From Peribolospora baueri (taxonomy: Eukaryota), in the NCBI GenBank assembly GCA_029717555.1, contig JAMDHS010000009.1:186001-250000 (forward strand): a stretch of 64,000 bases of DNA, in the 5' to 3' direction. Made by a program: the position numbers and the translations under genes. How positions within the stretch are numbered: position 1 is the first letter of the stretch; every line of letters starts with the position of its first letter. The notes under the pieces were generated by a model. It was not told the DNA's origin, made no database searches, and was given only the letters and a program-made list of their open reading frames with translations. Shown one piece after another: positions 34,646 to 48,741 of the stretch.

Positions 34646-37309
34646 ATGTACTCATCGTCATCGACAGCAACGAAGACGGAAATGGTGAGAATGCGGGAGA
34701 CGACTATTGCGACCTCGCCGCCCAGCTCTCCCATCGCCGCACACAGCCCCCGTTCCTCAGAGCCGGTGAGGCCAGAGCCGTCTCATGCACCACCACTCCT
34801 ACGACCGGGGCCGGTGTCTCCCTTTTCGGGCGAGCCAAAGTCACACGAAGAGGATCAGATCCATCTACGGGTGCTCTCTGCGCGAAGATCTTGGCAAACT
34901 GCCTCTTCCTCTGCTTCTTCAGCCGCTTCGCGAAGGTCAGCTCGCGGCCGGAGACCTGTGGACGACGAGCCTGTTGACGAGTCTGATGAGTGCGTCAGTA
35001 GTCGCAATGGAGTGTTTACGTCTGTACCGACGGAGAGAACTACAGGTAGGAGTGTGACCATGGGGCGGTATGCGAATGAGCCGGATTTGGCGGGCGCTGC
35101 AAGTCCGGGTGAGAATGAGGGAAGCGGACTTGGGAGGGATGAGGAGGGACCACCCGTGAGTCTGCCCAACGTCGCAGTATCAGTGAAAGAGAATATACCA
35201 TTGACTCAATGTGGGCTACTGAATCATTGCTTGGACGGCGTGCAGGAGCGAAAAGGATTGATCGACCGAATCAAGCATTTCACTCCGTCTTGGTTCGCCG
35301 TGACCATGGGTGCGTGTGCGCCTTTTGCTCTCCTGGCCGTTGCGACCGAGGTGCCAACGGGCGAGATCATATAAATCAACCTGCTTTACTTTTTTTCCTT
35401 AAGGCACCGGGGTTCTTTGCACCTTGATCAACTCTCTCCCATGGCCTAGTATTCACCCTGTGCTAAGGTAAGCATCATCCGATGACCGGCCGTCTTCACG
35501 TAGTCATACTTGTCATTTACCTTTGACTTCGTGTCTGTACCACTGTGCGTTACAAGGCACATCGCGGTAGCCTTTTTGATAGCAGACATCATTATCTTTG
35601 CGTCCTTCAGCGCGATGTTCATAGCCCGATACGTCATCTTTCCGCAAATTTTGTCGCTTACCATCCGACACCCGCAGAAGAGCATGTTCTTAGGTGCGTT
35701 CCATAGGGCTGTTCGTCAGCCTTATCTCATTTTCTGTTTGCTCAGGCGTTCTCCCATACTTGCCGCGTTCTTTCCTCCTGCTAGGGACTTTTCCGATGAG
35801 TCTGATAACGATCATCTCTGGGATCGCGATGATGGGCACCAAGGAGTACGATCTCGGCTTGCACTATACAGAAGCTGCCGCAGGCCTGTGGTGGTTGGCT
35901 GTAGTCATCAGTCTGGTGAGGGTCCTTCAAGTGAGATGGCAATGCATGTCCTGACATTATGACTCCATTTTCTGTTCATGACCCTTAGTTGACGGCGTTC
36001 GGCGTGCCCTACATGTGAGCGGGCGCGTTTCTTGTGCAGCAGGAGCGAATTGCCGCTTCCGTTGATAGATATAGCTGACGTATTTATCGTTCGTACGGAC
36101 ATTGGCATGTCGACTCAGGATGATGACCCACCATAGTAAGTATGAAGCTTCCCTCTTTGCTCATCGCAACATTCGCAAATTTTCGTCGAGATGCGCTAAC
36201 CTCATTCTTTTCAAATCCCGAACCTGAGCAGAGCACGCGATGGAAGGAGTGACGGCAGCTCTCCTAATTCCCATAGTCCCCCCAATAACAGCCGCCGCCA
36301 CCGGTTCACTCCTGGCCGAGATCCTCGCCCCCACCCAGCCGACTTACGCGTTCACCATTCTCACCGTGTCGTACATAGTCCTCGGCGTCGGCTTGCCTTT
36401 GGCGATGATCATTTTGGTCCTCTATTTTCAGCGACTCGCTCTCCATCATATCCCGCCGAGAGACGTCATCGTCAGGCGAGTGGAATCGACTCACGCCCGC
36501 CTGTGGTCGCATCTTACCTTCATTTACTGATACGCTTCTGCCTCGTTCGATATTCCGGTATGCAGCGTCTTCCTACCTCTCGGTCCGTGTGGTCAGGGCG
36601 CGGAAGCTCTCTTGCATCTTGGACGCGTAGCACTTTCCCTTCTCCCGCGAGTTGCCGCATCTTCCGGAACGGTCGCCGCAAAGCCGAAATATTCTGGCAG
36701 TCCAGACTACCCCGTCCAGACGGGGTCCGACAACACCTCCAACCTTGCCATGGCTGGTGTGGCGCTATACGGCGCCGGGTTGCTGGGGGCGATGATGCTG
36801 CTCGGGCTCGGGCTTTGGTGGACGGTCATTGGCCTCGTGAGTTTCGTGAGGGAGAGGAATCGAGGACGGTGAGTTGTTCGTTCGCTACCCACTTTCCTCT
36901 CTCACTACCTCGTCTCAACCGTACCACCTCGTTTTCGATGTCTGCAGCTTGCCATTCAACATGGGCTGGTGGTCCGGCGTCTTCCCCACAGCCTCAATGT
37001 GCATCGCCCTGATGCGGATAGCGGACGAGCTGGACTCGTTGACTCTGAAGGTCGCCTACACCGTCGCGACGATGACCGTCATCGCTCTTTGGGCTATTGT
37101 TGCTGTGCCAACCGCCAAGGGCTTCTGGACCGGTCGGTTGTTGCTCGTGAGTTGATTCGATGGACGAAACCGGAGCTGCTACGACCTCCATGGAGGGCTT
37201 AAAGGTTCGCCCGCTGCTCGTCGCTGACACTGCTACGTATTTAACTTTGATCGCGGCCGTCCGGTCATCGCAGGCGCCTTGCATCGCCGACCTGCCCCTA
37301 CAGCCGTGA
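34646..37309 (+). CDS. SSU1: TDT/SLAC1-family anion transporter (Ssu1 sulfite efflux / Mae1-like)
   Basis: 'IKHFTPSWFAVTMG|TG', 'HPQKSMFL|GTFPM', 'LLIPIVPPITAAATG', 'YFQRLALH', 'VSVFLPLGPCGQ', 'PFNMGWWSGVFP', C-terminal 'APCIADL'. The start codon is uncertain. Confidence 0.88.
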
Positions 37310-37522
37310 CGGCGGTGATAGGGTGTGCTTTCCCTCGCCGCGGACGTACTATATTTTGGATGGGAAGCAAATAGACGCTGTGCTGTAGCCACAACGTGGG
37401 GAGAGTCGCGGCCAGGGGACGTATTGGAGAGAAGACGGGACGCTCGAAAAAACGTGTTGCGTGGCAAAAGGGCACGATTGAACAGGATGTCCGCCGTCGG
37501 CGTACAAGCAAGCAGAGGGGTA

Positions 37523-37610
37523 AGGAGCAGAGGAGTGAAGGAGTGAAGGAGCACATGAGTAAAGAAGCACAGGAGCAAAGTAGCACAGGAGCAGAGTAGC
37601 ACAGGAGCAA
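37523..37610. repeat. Degenerate 8-bp minisatellite (consensus AGGAGCAN x11)
   Basis: aggagcag aggagtga aggagtga aggagcac atgagtaa agaagcac aggagcaa agtagcac aggagcag agtagcac aggagcaa. Confidence 0.8.
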
Positions 37611-38066
37611 AGGCCCGTAACGGGGAATACTGGAGCAAACGAGTAAAAAAAGCGATGAACGTACACACTAAACACTACAACTAACGACCGACCTGGAACG
37701 GAATAAATGCAGCACGAGGGTCGAAGAACTGGAACGATGAGAAAGGGGAGGGAGAAGATCGGACGTTGCGGGACTCGGAAGGAGTGAAAAAGAGAGGTTT
37801 GCATCCGACCACGGGTCAGAGGTAGGAGTGAGGAAGAAAAGGGAGATGACGATGAAGGGAGGCGGGGAGAGGGACGACTGGAGGACGACCGCGTCGACGG
37901 CCGGGGGCGAGAGTGGGGGGGGGGGGCGAGGGTGGCGACGATGTCGAGGCACAAAATGTGGGCGCAACGACGGGCGCGCTCAGGCTCCGCCTCTCCGTCG
38001 CTCTTCCTCTGTCCAACCCATCCACGGCCAGCCCAGCCCCGCCCAGCCCATCTTCGCTGCGGACCA

Positions 38067-40274
38067 TCACGAACTCACACCCGTCCCCGTCGCCGTTGAA
38101 TCAGCAGCACCAGCGGCTGCGCCACCGTTGGACGACGACCTTGCGTTCGCATCGGCGCTCGGGCCAGCGCTCGCACCCACCACCTCCGCGGCCACGGCCA
38201 TGCTCGTCTCTGCTCCCGCACGCGTTTCCGCGTCCGACGCGACAGCGGCGGCGACAGCGCCAGAAGATGCCACCCCACCCGCACCCGCACCCGCACTCGC
38301 ACTCGCACTCCCGTCTCCGTTTCCATTTCCGCCAGAAGGCTCATCCTCGCCATCCGTCTCCTCCTCTTCATTCTTCTCCGCCGCGCCGCCGGGGGATTTT
38401 TCCTTCTTCTCGCGCTCCAACACCATCGCCTTTGTGTCGCGCACGAGGAGGAAGAGGGAGAAGAGCGATGCGGGAGATGGGTGGGCTTGCGTCGGCGATG
38501 AGGTCGCGGTCGCAGCGGCAGAAGAAGAGGTCGATGAGACTTTTCGCGTCGGTAAAAGAGAGAAGATGGGCGTGGTGGCGGTACCGAAGACGAGCTCCGG
38601 CAGCTCTTCCTCCTCGTCTTCGTCGTCGCCGCCCTCATCTTGGATGTCGGAGGCGTTGCCGTCGTCATTTAAAATCTCCTCGAGCTCCAACCCCTCCTCT
38701 CCAGCGTCCTCCCCGCTGCCGTCCCTCGCCCCGGCCACGGCACCAGCACCAGCATCGATACTGGCTTTTCCCTTCGTCGCACCGGCGCCCTCTCCCTCTG
38801 CATCAGCGACCATGGAACTGAAGAAAGCCGCTCTCCGCTCCTCCGCTAGCGTTTTGGCCGATTGATTCGTCCCCGATGTCCGGGCCGTCCGAACGGAAGG
38901 AAGGGAGCGAATGCTGGATCGACGTTTCACGGCTGAAGGGGCATACACGTCCGAATCCTCTGGGGCGGCGACCGGTTTTTCCACTCCCAGCGGGGTCCCC
39001 TCCGACAAAGACTTGGACGTCATAGTCTTGGGGGAACGGAAGACGGTTCCAGAACGGGGCATGCGCACAAGTACAGTCACGTTGATGATGCTCGGGAAGG
39101 GCTGGTGTGCAGTAGAAGGCTCGATGAGTTCCCGGAACAACGCAGCGTCCGAGTCGGTCATGTCGGCTGGTGGTGTCGCCGCACCAACGCCGTTTGCATT
39201 GCTGTTGCCGTCGGAGGTTGACGGTGCCACTCCTGACGTGGCTGGCTCCGCGGCGGCCGAAGTCGCCGGCGCTTGCTCCGCATCCTCTCGAGCAGCCCGC
39301 GTACGGCGCCGCCTGGTCTCCCTGATATAGGAAACGAGGAGGATCACCATGCCAAGGGGCGGGAAAACAAGAGCGGCGGGCGGCATTTGCTCCCTAAAGT
39401 CCATCCATGTCCCTCGAATGCGCTCACGTAGAGTTCGACGAGGTTGGTTATTTCCTGGGACTGGGATACCGTTGCCGTCTCGGGGAGGGTAGACATGCGC
39501 AAGCGGATCGTTCAGATCGTACGGTGTCCGGGCGTGGATTGTCGGGATTGACGGGCGGTCAGACTTATTAAGGGTGGGAGGAAAGGGGAGGTGGGAAGGA
39601 GGGATGGAGACGGAGATAGGCTAGGGGAGAAGGGGCGTAAGATGGCGTTGGGGGTCTCGGTCTAAGTGAGGTAGTGGGGGACGGCCAGACGGGCCAGCTC
39701 ACCATGATGTCCTCCCACCTGATAGGCACCAGCTCGCCAGTGGCCTCGCCCTTCTTCTCACCATTCCTATCCTTTTCTTCCCCTCGGGGCATCTTGACGG
39801 TCCAAAGCCTCGGCTCAGGCAAAGAGTCCTTTCCGTCGAGCGCTGTCAACCCGCCGGGCAAAGCGAACCTGCCGTCCCAGGGGGCGCCCCACATGCCCCC
39901 ATCGGGCACGAGGCCAAGTCTGCGCAAGCGGCGGTTTCGGATAAAGATGCGGAGGAGGACGAAGGCGACGACGATGATGAAGAGGGCTATGGCAATGATG
40001 AAAGTCTGTGACGGAGGCGGTGGCAGCGGTCGGTCTGAGATGAGCGCCTTGGAGGGGGGCCATCGGAGACGGGCGGTATACTTACGAAAACGCTCAAAGG
40101 GGTCCTCTCCATTTCGTTGCCATCGGCCGGCGGTGCATTAGTGCCATTGTTGTTCTGCCGCCTGTGTATGGCGGCCAGGGAGGGGGGGGTGGCGGCAGTG
40201 TAGGGAATGAGATTGGGGAAGTGAGTCGTATCGTCGACGATGACGGGCCCTGGTTGCAAGGTGACCGTGCCCAT
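38067..40274 (-). CDS. Hypothetical membrane protein (1-2 TM segments, long low-complexity tail)
   Basis: Exons join in frame: MGTVTLQ...PLSVF | ...TFIIAIALFIIVVAFVLLRIFIRNRRLRR...WEDIM | PISVSIP...LGMVILLVSYI...INVTVLVRMP...EELPELVFGT. The 3' end may extend via a further exon to ~37816. Confidence 0.65.
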
Positions 40275-41324
40275 TCTGGAAGGGCGAGGGGGGATCTATG
40301 GCTCGATCGGAGAAGGTGGGTAGCGGCGGCTCGGCATACGCAGGGGGCGGAGGTGGAGAAGGAGGGTGGCGATGGCGATGGCGATGGTGATGGTGATGTT
40401 GATGCAAGTCGTGGGTGGAGATTGCCTGCGTCGTCGTCGCCGCAACGTAATCGCCGTCAGCGAGCGCAGCAGCTTAGGACTCGGACTCGCCGCAGCCTCG
40501 ACTGGGACAGGCACAAGCACGGCCGGCTGAGGTAACTAACTAAGCAAGCGAGCGGGGCCAGCGGCTGAGCGCCATCCGACGGCAGGTCAGCAGCGACGCG
40601 GGTGCCCAGAACGAAGGCCAGTCGACGACGGACGAGGCGAGCGAGTGAAGCGGAAATCAGCTTTTGTACCGTACACAAGAGCCTTTCTACGCTCAGGGAC
40701 CCTGGTGCTCCGGTGTCCCTGCGACCACGCCAAGGCGCGTAGACAGCCAAGGGCTGGGCAGAGCGGAGATTCGGAGCTGACGGTCTCAGATGATCCTCTA
40801 CGTACTCGGTAGTGATTTGAGAACACTGTATCTGGAAGAGACGGACGCAAGAAGAAAAAGAGCGCTATTGATCGCCTCTGCAGCGCACGCGAAAGCTCGA
40901 CCGTCGGACAGGTCTCGCGGGCATGTGATCCTGATGCTGAGCGAGGCATCAAAGAGGGAGAAGGACTCCATTCGTCCGTCTGTCCAGCTGTAAGACGTCT
41001 GCGCCGACCCCTCTCTGCCTGTATGTCTGCCTGCCCGCCTGTCTGTCCATCTCGGATCTCCTCCCTCTCCTTTCTCTACTGACGACGACGTCTTTATGCG
41101 CCGCTCCCGGAACGTTCTGATCGGCCGCAGCACGGCAAGATCAAACTGCGGTAAGAAGGCTGAGACGGCCGACTTAACTCGTCCGTCCTATTGTCTGTCC
41201 TTCGTCGTCCCGAACGTGCGCTCCTCCTCCCTCCGACTTCTCCACCCGTATACCATCCCCCTCCATCTCCTGCCCTCGCCTCACACCACCACCACCACCA
41301 CCCCCTTTCGCACGTCTGCACGCC

Positions 41325-42944
<1,620 letters not shown>

Positions 42945-43659
42945 TAAACGAAGAACTTAGAGCGGGCCTCTCTTTCTCCTCCATCTCTTCCCGGCCGTCG
43001 TCGGCCTCCCGTCGCGTCATGCCATGCGATGGGCCCCTTCTGTATCTATCGGCGAAAACGATCTTGGCTCCATTCGATCCGGTTTTTGCACACACCGCGC
43101 GCGCGGCGCGTCCGTGCTCGGCAAAAGTTCTTCCCCTCGTTCTCACGCTCACCCTCGAAACGCGTTTTTCATACTGTCCACGATTCTTCCCGTTTTCCAA
43201 GTCGTGTGTCGAACTCGACGTTTGTCCGCCGCTGAACACCATCAGAGTCTTTGACTTTGACTCAACCAGCTTTTGATGGGCTTCTAGACGAACGGTGACC
43301 TGCCTCTTCCGCCCAGCCATCGCCGACGACGTGACTTCGGAGGCTCTTTCAAGCGCGTCACTCCCGCCGGTACCAGTTAACAAACAAAAGCTTGCTTCCA
43401 TCCATCCATCGGGTGTCGCCCGGATGAGGGCGTGAAACGGTGAAGGAGGGAGGGGTACGCCCGTCCATTCAGTTGACTGGGTCACCGACAGATAATAAAA
43501 ATTCCCGGGACTGGACTGAGCTTGACGGGGCTTGTTGATAAATGGACTGACTGGATATGCCTCACAGCTTGCTCTCTACGTGATGGACAAGGACAACGGA
43601 CGATGTTTGGACGTCGGGGTCGGGCCCATCGGCGCCCACCATTCAGTACCGCCCCGCCA

Positions 43660-46466
43660 TCAGTGGTCGCCGTGATGGGCCTGGCTCTGGGTCTGGCTCA
43701 GGTCGGGATACAGTTTGCCCGGGTTGAGCAAGTTGAGCGGGTCGAGTAGCTTCTTTATCTCTCTCATCACCTTGACCGTGCCCGGGCCGAGTTCTGCGAT
43801 CAGGTATTCCTACGTGGTCGGAATTAAGAAACGCGGACTTGTCAGCGGTCTATCTGTCTGTCTGTTTGTATGTATGTATTGCGGGGCGGATCCGTCCGGT
43901 AATAAAGGCACGTCGGCCCGCTTTGCTCACTTTCTTGCCGAGACCGACGCCATGCTCGCCGGTACAGGTGCCCTCCAGGCGGAGTGCGCGCTCGATCATG
44001 CGGTGCACCGCGTCGTGCACCTTCTTCAGTTCGTCCTCGTCGCGGAATCTGGTGAGGCAAACGGAAGAAAAGGAAAGTAAATAAAAAATGTTTGAGCAAC
44101 GACGAGAAGGTGGCTCAGCTTTGTGTCCAGAGGAGTATGGTCGACTTTGACATAGAAACTCACAGGATGATGGCGTGGAAGCTTGTCAAACCGGAATCGT
44201 CGTCCGCAGACAACAAAAGATCAAAGTCGTGTCGGGTACGGGGAGCACAGAGGACGAGATGAATCCAGTGGATGGAACAGCACGACAAGGACGGCGACTC
44301 ACTTTCCGTCGCCCACATGACCGAGAGTGGTGGCCGTCAAATCGTGCTTTGCAAGATCCTCCTTCGTCTCGAGCACTAGCTGGGGGAGCTTGGAGAGAGG
44401 GACACAGACGTCCGTCGTCCACGCCCTCGAGCCTGCCACATACGTGATTGGAAATGGCATGCTAAGACAACCAGACCGCCTGTGACGGAGCGGTGCCACG
44501 CCCCTATCACCGTCCTGTTATCCTCACCTTCGAGTAAAGCAAGGCTGCTCCAAAGCGCCTCCTTCCTTCCCTCCCAAAGGTCGTCTGCCTCGGCCTTGGT
44601 CTTTGCAAACTCGAACCCGCTACCGCCATGCTTGCGGACAATGTCCTTCACCATCTCGCTCGCCTCCTCCATCGCTTTGGGCCCGCCTTGGAACTTGAAG
44701 AACACTGTGTCCTTTTCGGGGTACGTTTTGGAGCAGGTGCCTGAGAGATTGATGGCCCGCATAGATACGTTGTCGCACAGCTATCGTCATCGTTACCGGC
44801 GAGTACGACATGAGTAGATGTTAACCGTGACAAGCGCACAATACGGGTTGGGCTCACCTCCGTGCACTGTATGGGTACACCGCTCAGGACGACCTCGGAT
44901 ACGGCGTCTGTGGCCGCTTGCACATTGGGAAAGTTGGCGATAGCGACCGTGGTCGGCAGGATCGGCTGTTCGGGAGTTGACCAAAATTTAGCATCAGCAG
45001 TCTCAGCCAGCCCAACTTTCGCCTTGGAGGACGCTCGCACTGACCGTCAGCCGAAGCGTCGCTGCAGACGGCACGATAGAAGGACGAACTCTCGTAAGCG
45101 AAGAGTCACCCAGAAGGCATTCCTCGAACCGAGCAGAGGAACCACCCACCCTCCGTGACTATGCCCAACGTGCCCTCGGCCCCGATGAACAGCTTGGTGA
45201 GGTCAAAACCGGCGCTGCTCTTGCGAGCTCGCTGTCGGGTTTTGATCACTTCTCCTGTTGGAAGAACCACCGTTAGGTTGAGGATCCACTCTGGTAGGAG
45301 AAAAGTGAAGGATATGAAGTGCGTCAGTGACGTCGCATGGCAGCTGATCCCGGCATAAAGTCACGGTGCCTCCGCTCACCTGCCTTGGCCGTCCCATAGC
45401 GCACCGCGTTCGTTCCACTGCAGCCTGTGCCTATCATACCGCCGATCCTTGCTCCCGGGCCGGGATCCAACTGATGCAGAAAGCGACACCAGAAACGAGG
45501 AGGAAAAAAAGGTTGGTCTGCAGAAGAATGGGGGACAGAAACCAGACGGCGCGATGTCTCACGGGGAAGAACAGTTTCAGTCCCTTCTCCCCCTCCAACA
45601 CCCTGTTCAAGTCTTCCCAGCCGACACCAGGCTGGACGACGCAGTCCATGTCCTGCTCGTGCACGGCCAGAATCTTGTCCATCTCTCCTACGTCAACGCA
45701 GATACCACCTCCGCCGGAGTAGTGACCCTCCAGGGAGGTACCGCCCGCGAAAGGAACAATGGGCATGCGGTATTTGTTGGAGATCTGGACGATCTTAACT
45801 ACGTCCTCGGTGGAGTGAGGCTGGTTTGGAGTGGGTCCGGATGAAAGAGTTGGCTAAGTGACTCTCCGCTTTCGTACAGAGGCGAGTATCCCGGGTAGAT
45901 CAAAAGCACCGGGTAGACGATCCACTCACGTAAACCACGACACTGGGCGGACTGGCAGGATGGTAAGAATTTGTGCTGAACCCATGATACTCTAAGTTAC
46001 TCTCCTCGGTGGTGACCCAAGGTTCGCCTTCCTTCTTTTTCTTCTCATCCTTGAAAACGTTCTTCAGCTCCGCAATTGCCGCATGGAAGTCTTCCGGTGA
46101 ACCGTATGACGTGTTGAACGGGACGGGGTCCGAGCTTGAGCTGGAGGCGATGGCCGCAGCAGCGTCGGATGGTGAGATGGGGGCGCCGGTGATGAGGCCA
46201 GAGGAAGGGCGGTGGGAGCCAGTGGAGCGCGAGGAAAAGGCAGAGAGGCCAAAGCCTATCGCACCGCCTGCAAAGAGACTGATGGCGACGTAGAAGGACG
46301 TCGATGCGCCACGAGAAGATGGCGGGGCACCGGACGAGGATGAGGAAGAGAGCCGGGCGAGAGCAAGTCTCCGCCTGGGGCTCGCAATGGACTGATGCCA
46401 GGCAGGAACGTAGACCTGACGCCCTGAGATGGGCCTCCACGTTCGGCCTGCTCGATAGAAGGACAT
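43660..46466 (-). CDS. DLD1: Mitochondrial FAD-linked D-lactate dehydrogenase (cytochrome)
   Basis: Mitochondrial-type presequence plus TM; '[11 protein letters not shown]', '[11 protein letters not shown]', '[13 protein letters not shown]', 'TDVCVPLS', 'GHVGDG|NFH', '[13 protein letters not shown]', 'LNPGK'. Confidence 0.92.
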
Positions 46467-47039
46467 GATGAAGAGTCAGAGATGGTCGGTTGTGGATGGG
46501 AGGGAAGGGACGGCGGTGAAGTCTTCGTGTGGAGGCGCTTGCCGAGCAGCCGCGCCGAGCGCACGGACCACCGCAAAGTAGACCCGGATTACTAGGCCGC
46601 ATGAGCCCCGGTTCTCCGCAACCTCCGCACTACAAGGCAAACCGGCGGCCGGCCCGGATCTCGCCAAGAACTGACTGACATCCGGTCGAGTGAGAATGCC
46701 TGCCGCCTTGGCGGAGGGCCGTGACAATCGAAGCAGACATACCGTGACGAGAAAAGGGGGCTCCATAAGCCTGACGGGCACCCTGTCGAGGACGGGTATC
46801 TCGCTATAGCAGACGGGACGAAGCCACAAAAGTTCTAAGATTCGTGACAAGTACATCGGTCGGATCCAAACCATCAAGGACCTCTTCAGTCTCAATCGAG
46901 GTGCCCAGGACGGAACGGCGACATCTGAGTTGAAAGCACATCCGGAGCTCTATTATATGTGGCGTTCTCTCCCTCTTCGCGCCCTCCTACAATGCTAGCG
47001 GTTCATTCCACGCTCTGTATCTGTCAGTGAACGAGCAAT

Positions 47040-48309
47040 TCACTTGGTGTGGTGGATGCGCAGCTTGCCAGGAGAATAGACGTAGTTCGTCGCGTAGGCC
47101 TTTGGCGGGACTGATCAAGGTAGACGAGGGGGGGGGGGGGGGGTAAGGCGTCAGTGTAGGCCTGCAGGGTCCCAGAAAACAAAGACATAAGCGACTTACT
47201 GCGAGCCTCGTGCGGTTCTTGAACCTGAAAAAGCAAGAGAGAGCAAAAGAGGAGCCAAGACAAGAACAACTCAAGAGTTAGATCAGATCGAGCTTACAGG
47301 CCACAGAAGGCCGTTCTGAGAAACCCTGTAGGGGTCCACAACCGCACACGGTGGAACACTCAAATGCATGAACTCACGAAATAGTCCCAGCCCTGCTTCT
47401 CGCAGAAGTAGATAGCGGCCTCTTTGGAGCTGAACTTGAGGCTGGTGCCTTGCACTGCGGGCAAGTCGGCGGGGAGGAGGGGCAACACTTCAGAAGGAGA
47501 TCGTCAGTCGAGACGGGGAAACGGACGGAACTCACTGTAATCGGCACTGTAAACATTTAAACGGTTCGGATGACAATAGGGAAGGTATGGACATGAGCAT
47601 GAAGCCCCTGCGAGCTACTTAATTGGTGGACCGATAACGGAGGCCGTAACCGCAGGAACCGTCCCCAAGGAAAGTCCTCGCTGCAGAATCCTTCCTCGCC
47701 AAAACAAAACACAAGGAGTGATTAACTCACGAGCTAGCCCAACCCATCAAAGGGTTCTCCCATCTCCCAGAACCTTGCAGAATGTCGAAGTCGACCCTCC
47801 AGTGGTTCGTGCCGTTGCGGCCTGACGTGGAGGCCGACTTTGCGGGCCTGAAGATGCGCACGGCGCGCTGGTGGAGTTCCTCTAATAATGACAACAGAGG
47901 AAGGAGCAAGAGGGAATGCAAGGATGAAGAAAAGGATATGAGCAATTGCTGTCGACGCCAGCACAGCTCAGCCCCAGCCCGATACAGCCCTCGTCCTCGC
48001 CTCTGCGAAGCCAAGCGCCGCATTGCCGCGCAGCACATCTAAAGAACCGTACAACCGCAAGAAAAACTCACCAGGAGCATCGCTGATAGCATCGGCGGTG
48101 ACAGCCCTCTCAGCCCTCTCGTCCGGAGTGAGCTCTCCGCCCTTCTCTCCCTGTCCGCCCTCAGCCTTCGTCACCGCAGCAGGCTTCGATGCGCCGCTGT
48201 TGCTGCTGTTGAAGCGTGCTTGAGACGACGAAAGGAAGGAGGACCCAGCGGCGGGAAAGGAGGAAGAGGAGCGCGCCGCGGAGACGACGCGAAAGATACT
48301 CGAAGACAT
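47040..48309 (-). CDS. NDUFS4: NADH:ubiquinone oxidoreductase accessory subunit NDUFS4 (21/18 kDa, NUYM)
   Basis: 'ISDAP|ELHQRAVRIFRPAKSASTSG...RWENPLMGWAS|SADY|MQGTSLKFSSKEAAIYFCEKQGWDYF|VQEPHEAR|IPPKAYATNY...RIHHTK*', with a mitochondrial presequence. Confidence 0.93.
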
Positions 48310-48399
48310 GCTGAGCAGGTGGCGCTGGACGGTCGTTGTGGTGGCAGCGGCCTACACATCCAGTTGTGGCCCGACGACGGCGACCGGGAGCACCGGAGG

Positions 48400-48442
48400 T
48401 AACCCTAATCTTGGTTCTGGGTGGATCACGTGATGTCACGTG
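48400..48442. promoter_or_regulatory. TAACCCTAA telo-box plus tandem TCACGTG E-boxes upstream of NDUFS4
   Basis: TAACCCTAA 48400-48408; TCACGTGA 48426-48433; TCACGTG 48436-48442; ~90-130 bp upstream of the ATG. Confidence 0.45.
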
Positions 48443-48741
48443 CATGCTTTCCAGCGTAAGAGGAATTCGTGAAGGCTTCTCAAGTGGAAAGTCGCCCCTA
48501 AGGTCGACTGTGGCCAAGCTACATCACAAGCGCAGGTGTGAAGAAGATATAAGGTCGACTATACGAAGAAGCATTAAGGATAAACGTTGGAGAGATATCT
48601 GTTGCCCATGACAAATGGACGACAGCTGATTGGGCGATGTCAGACTAGGTAGGGTGTACTACCGCTAGAGGGTATTCCAGTCCTTCACGCTCCTCAGATC
48701 CAGCTATCTCCAAGTCCGTGACGACCTCTCATTGCCTACAC

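Noticed and set aside
37828..38865. 345-aa and 302-aa plus-strand ORFs
   Set aside because: Antisense to the low-complexity tail of the minus-strand membrane protein.
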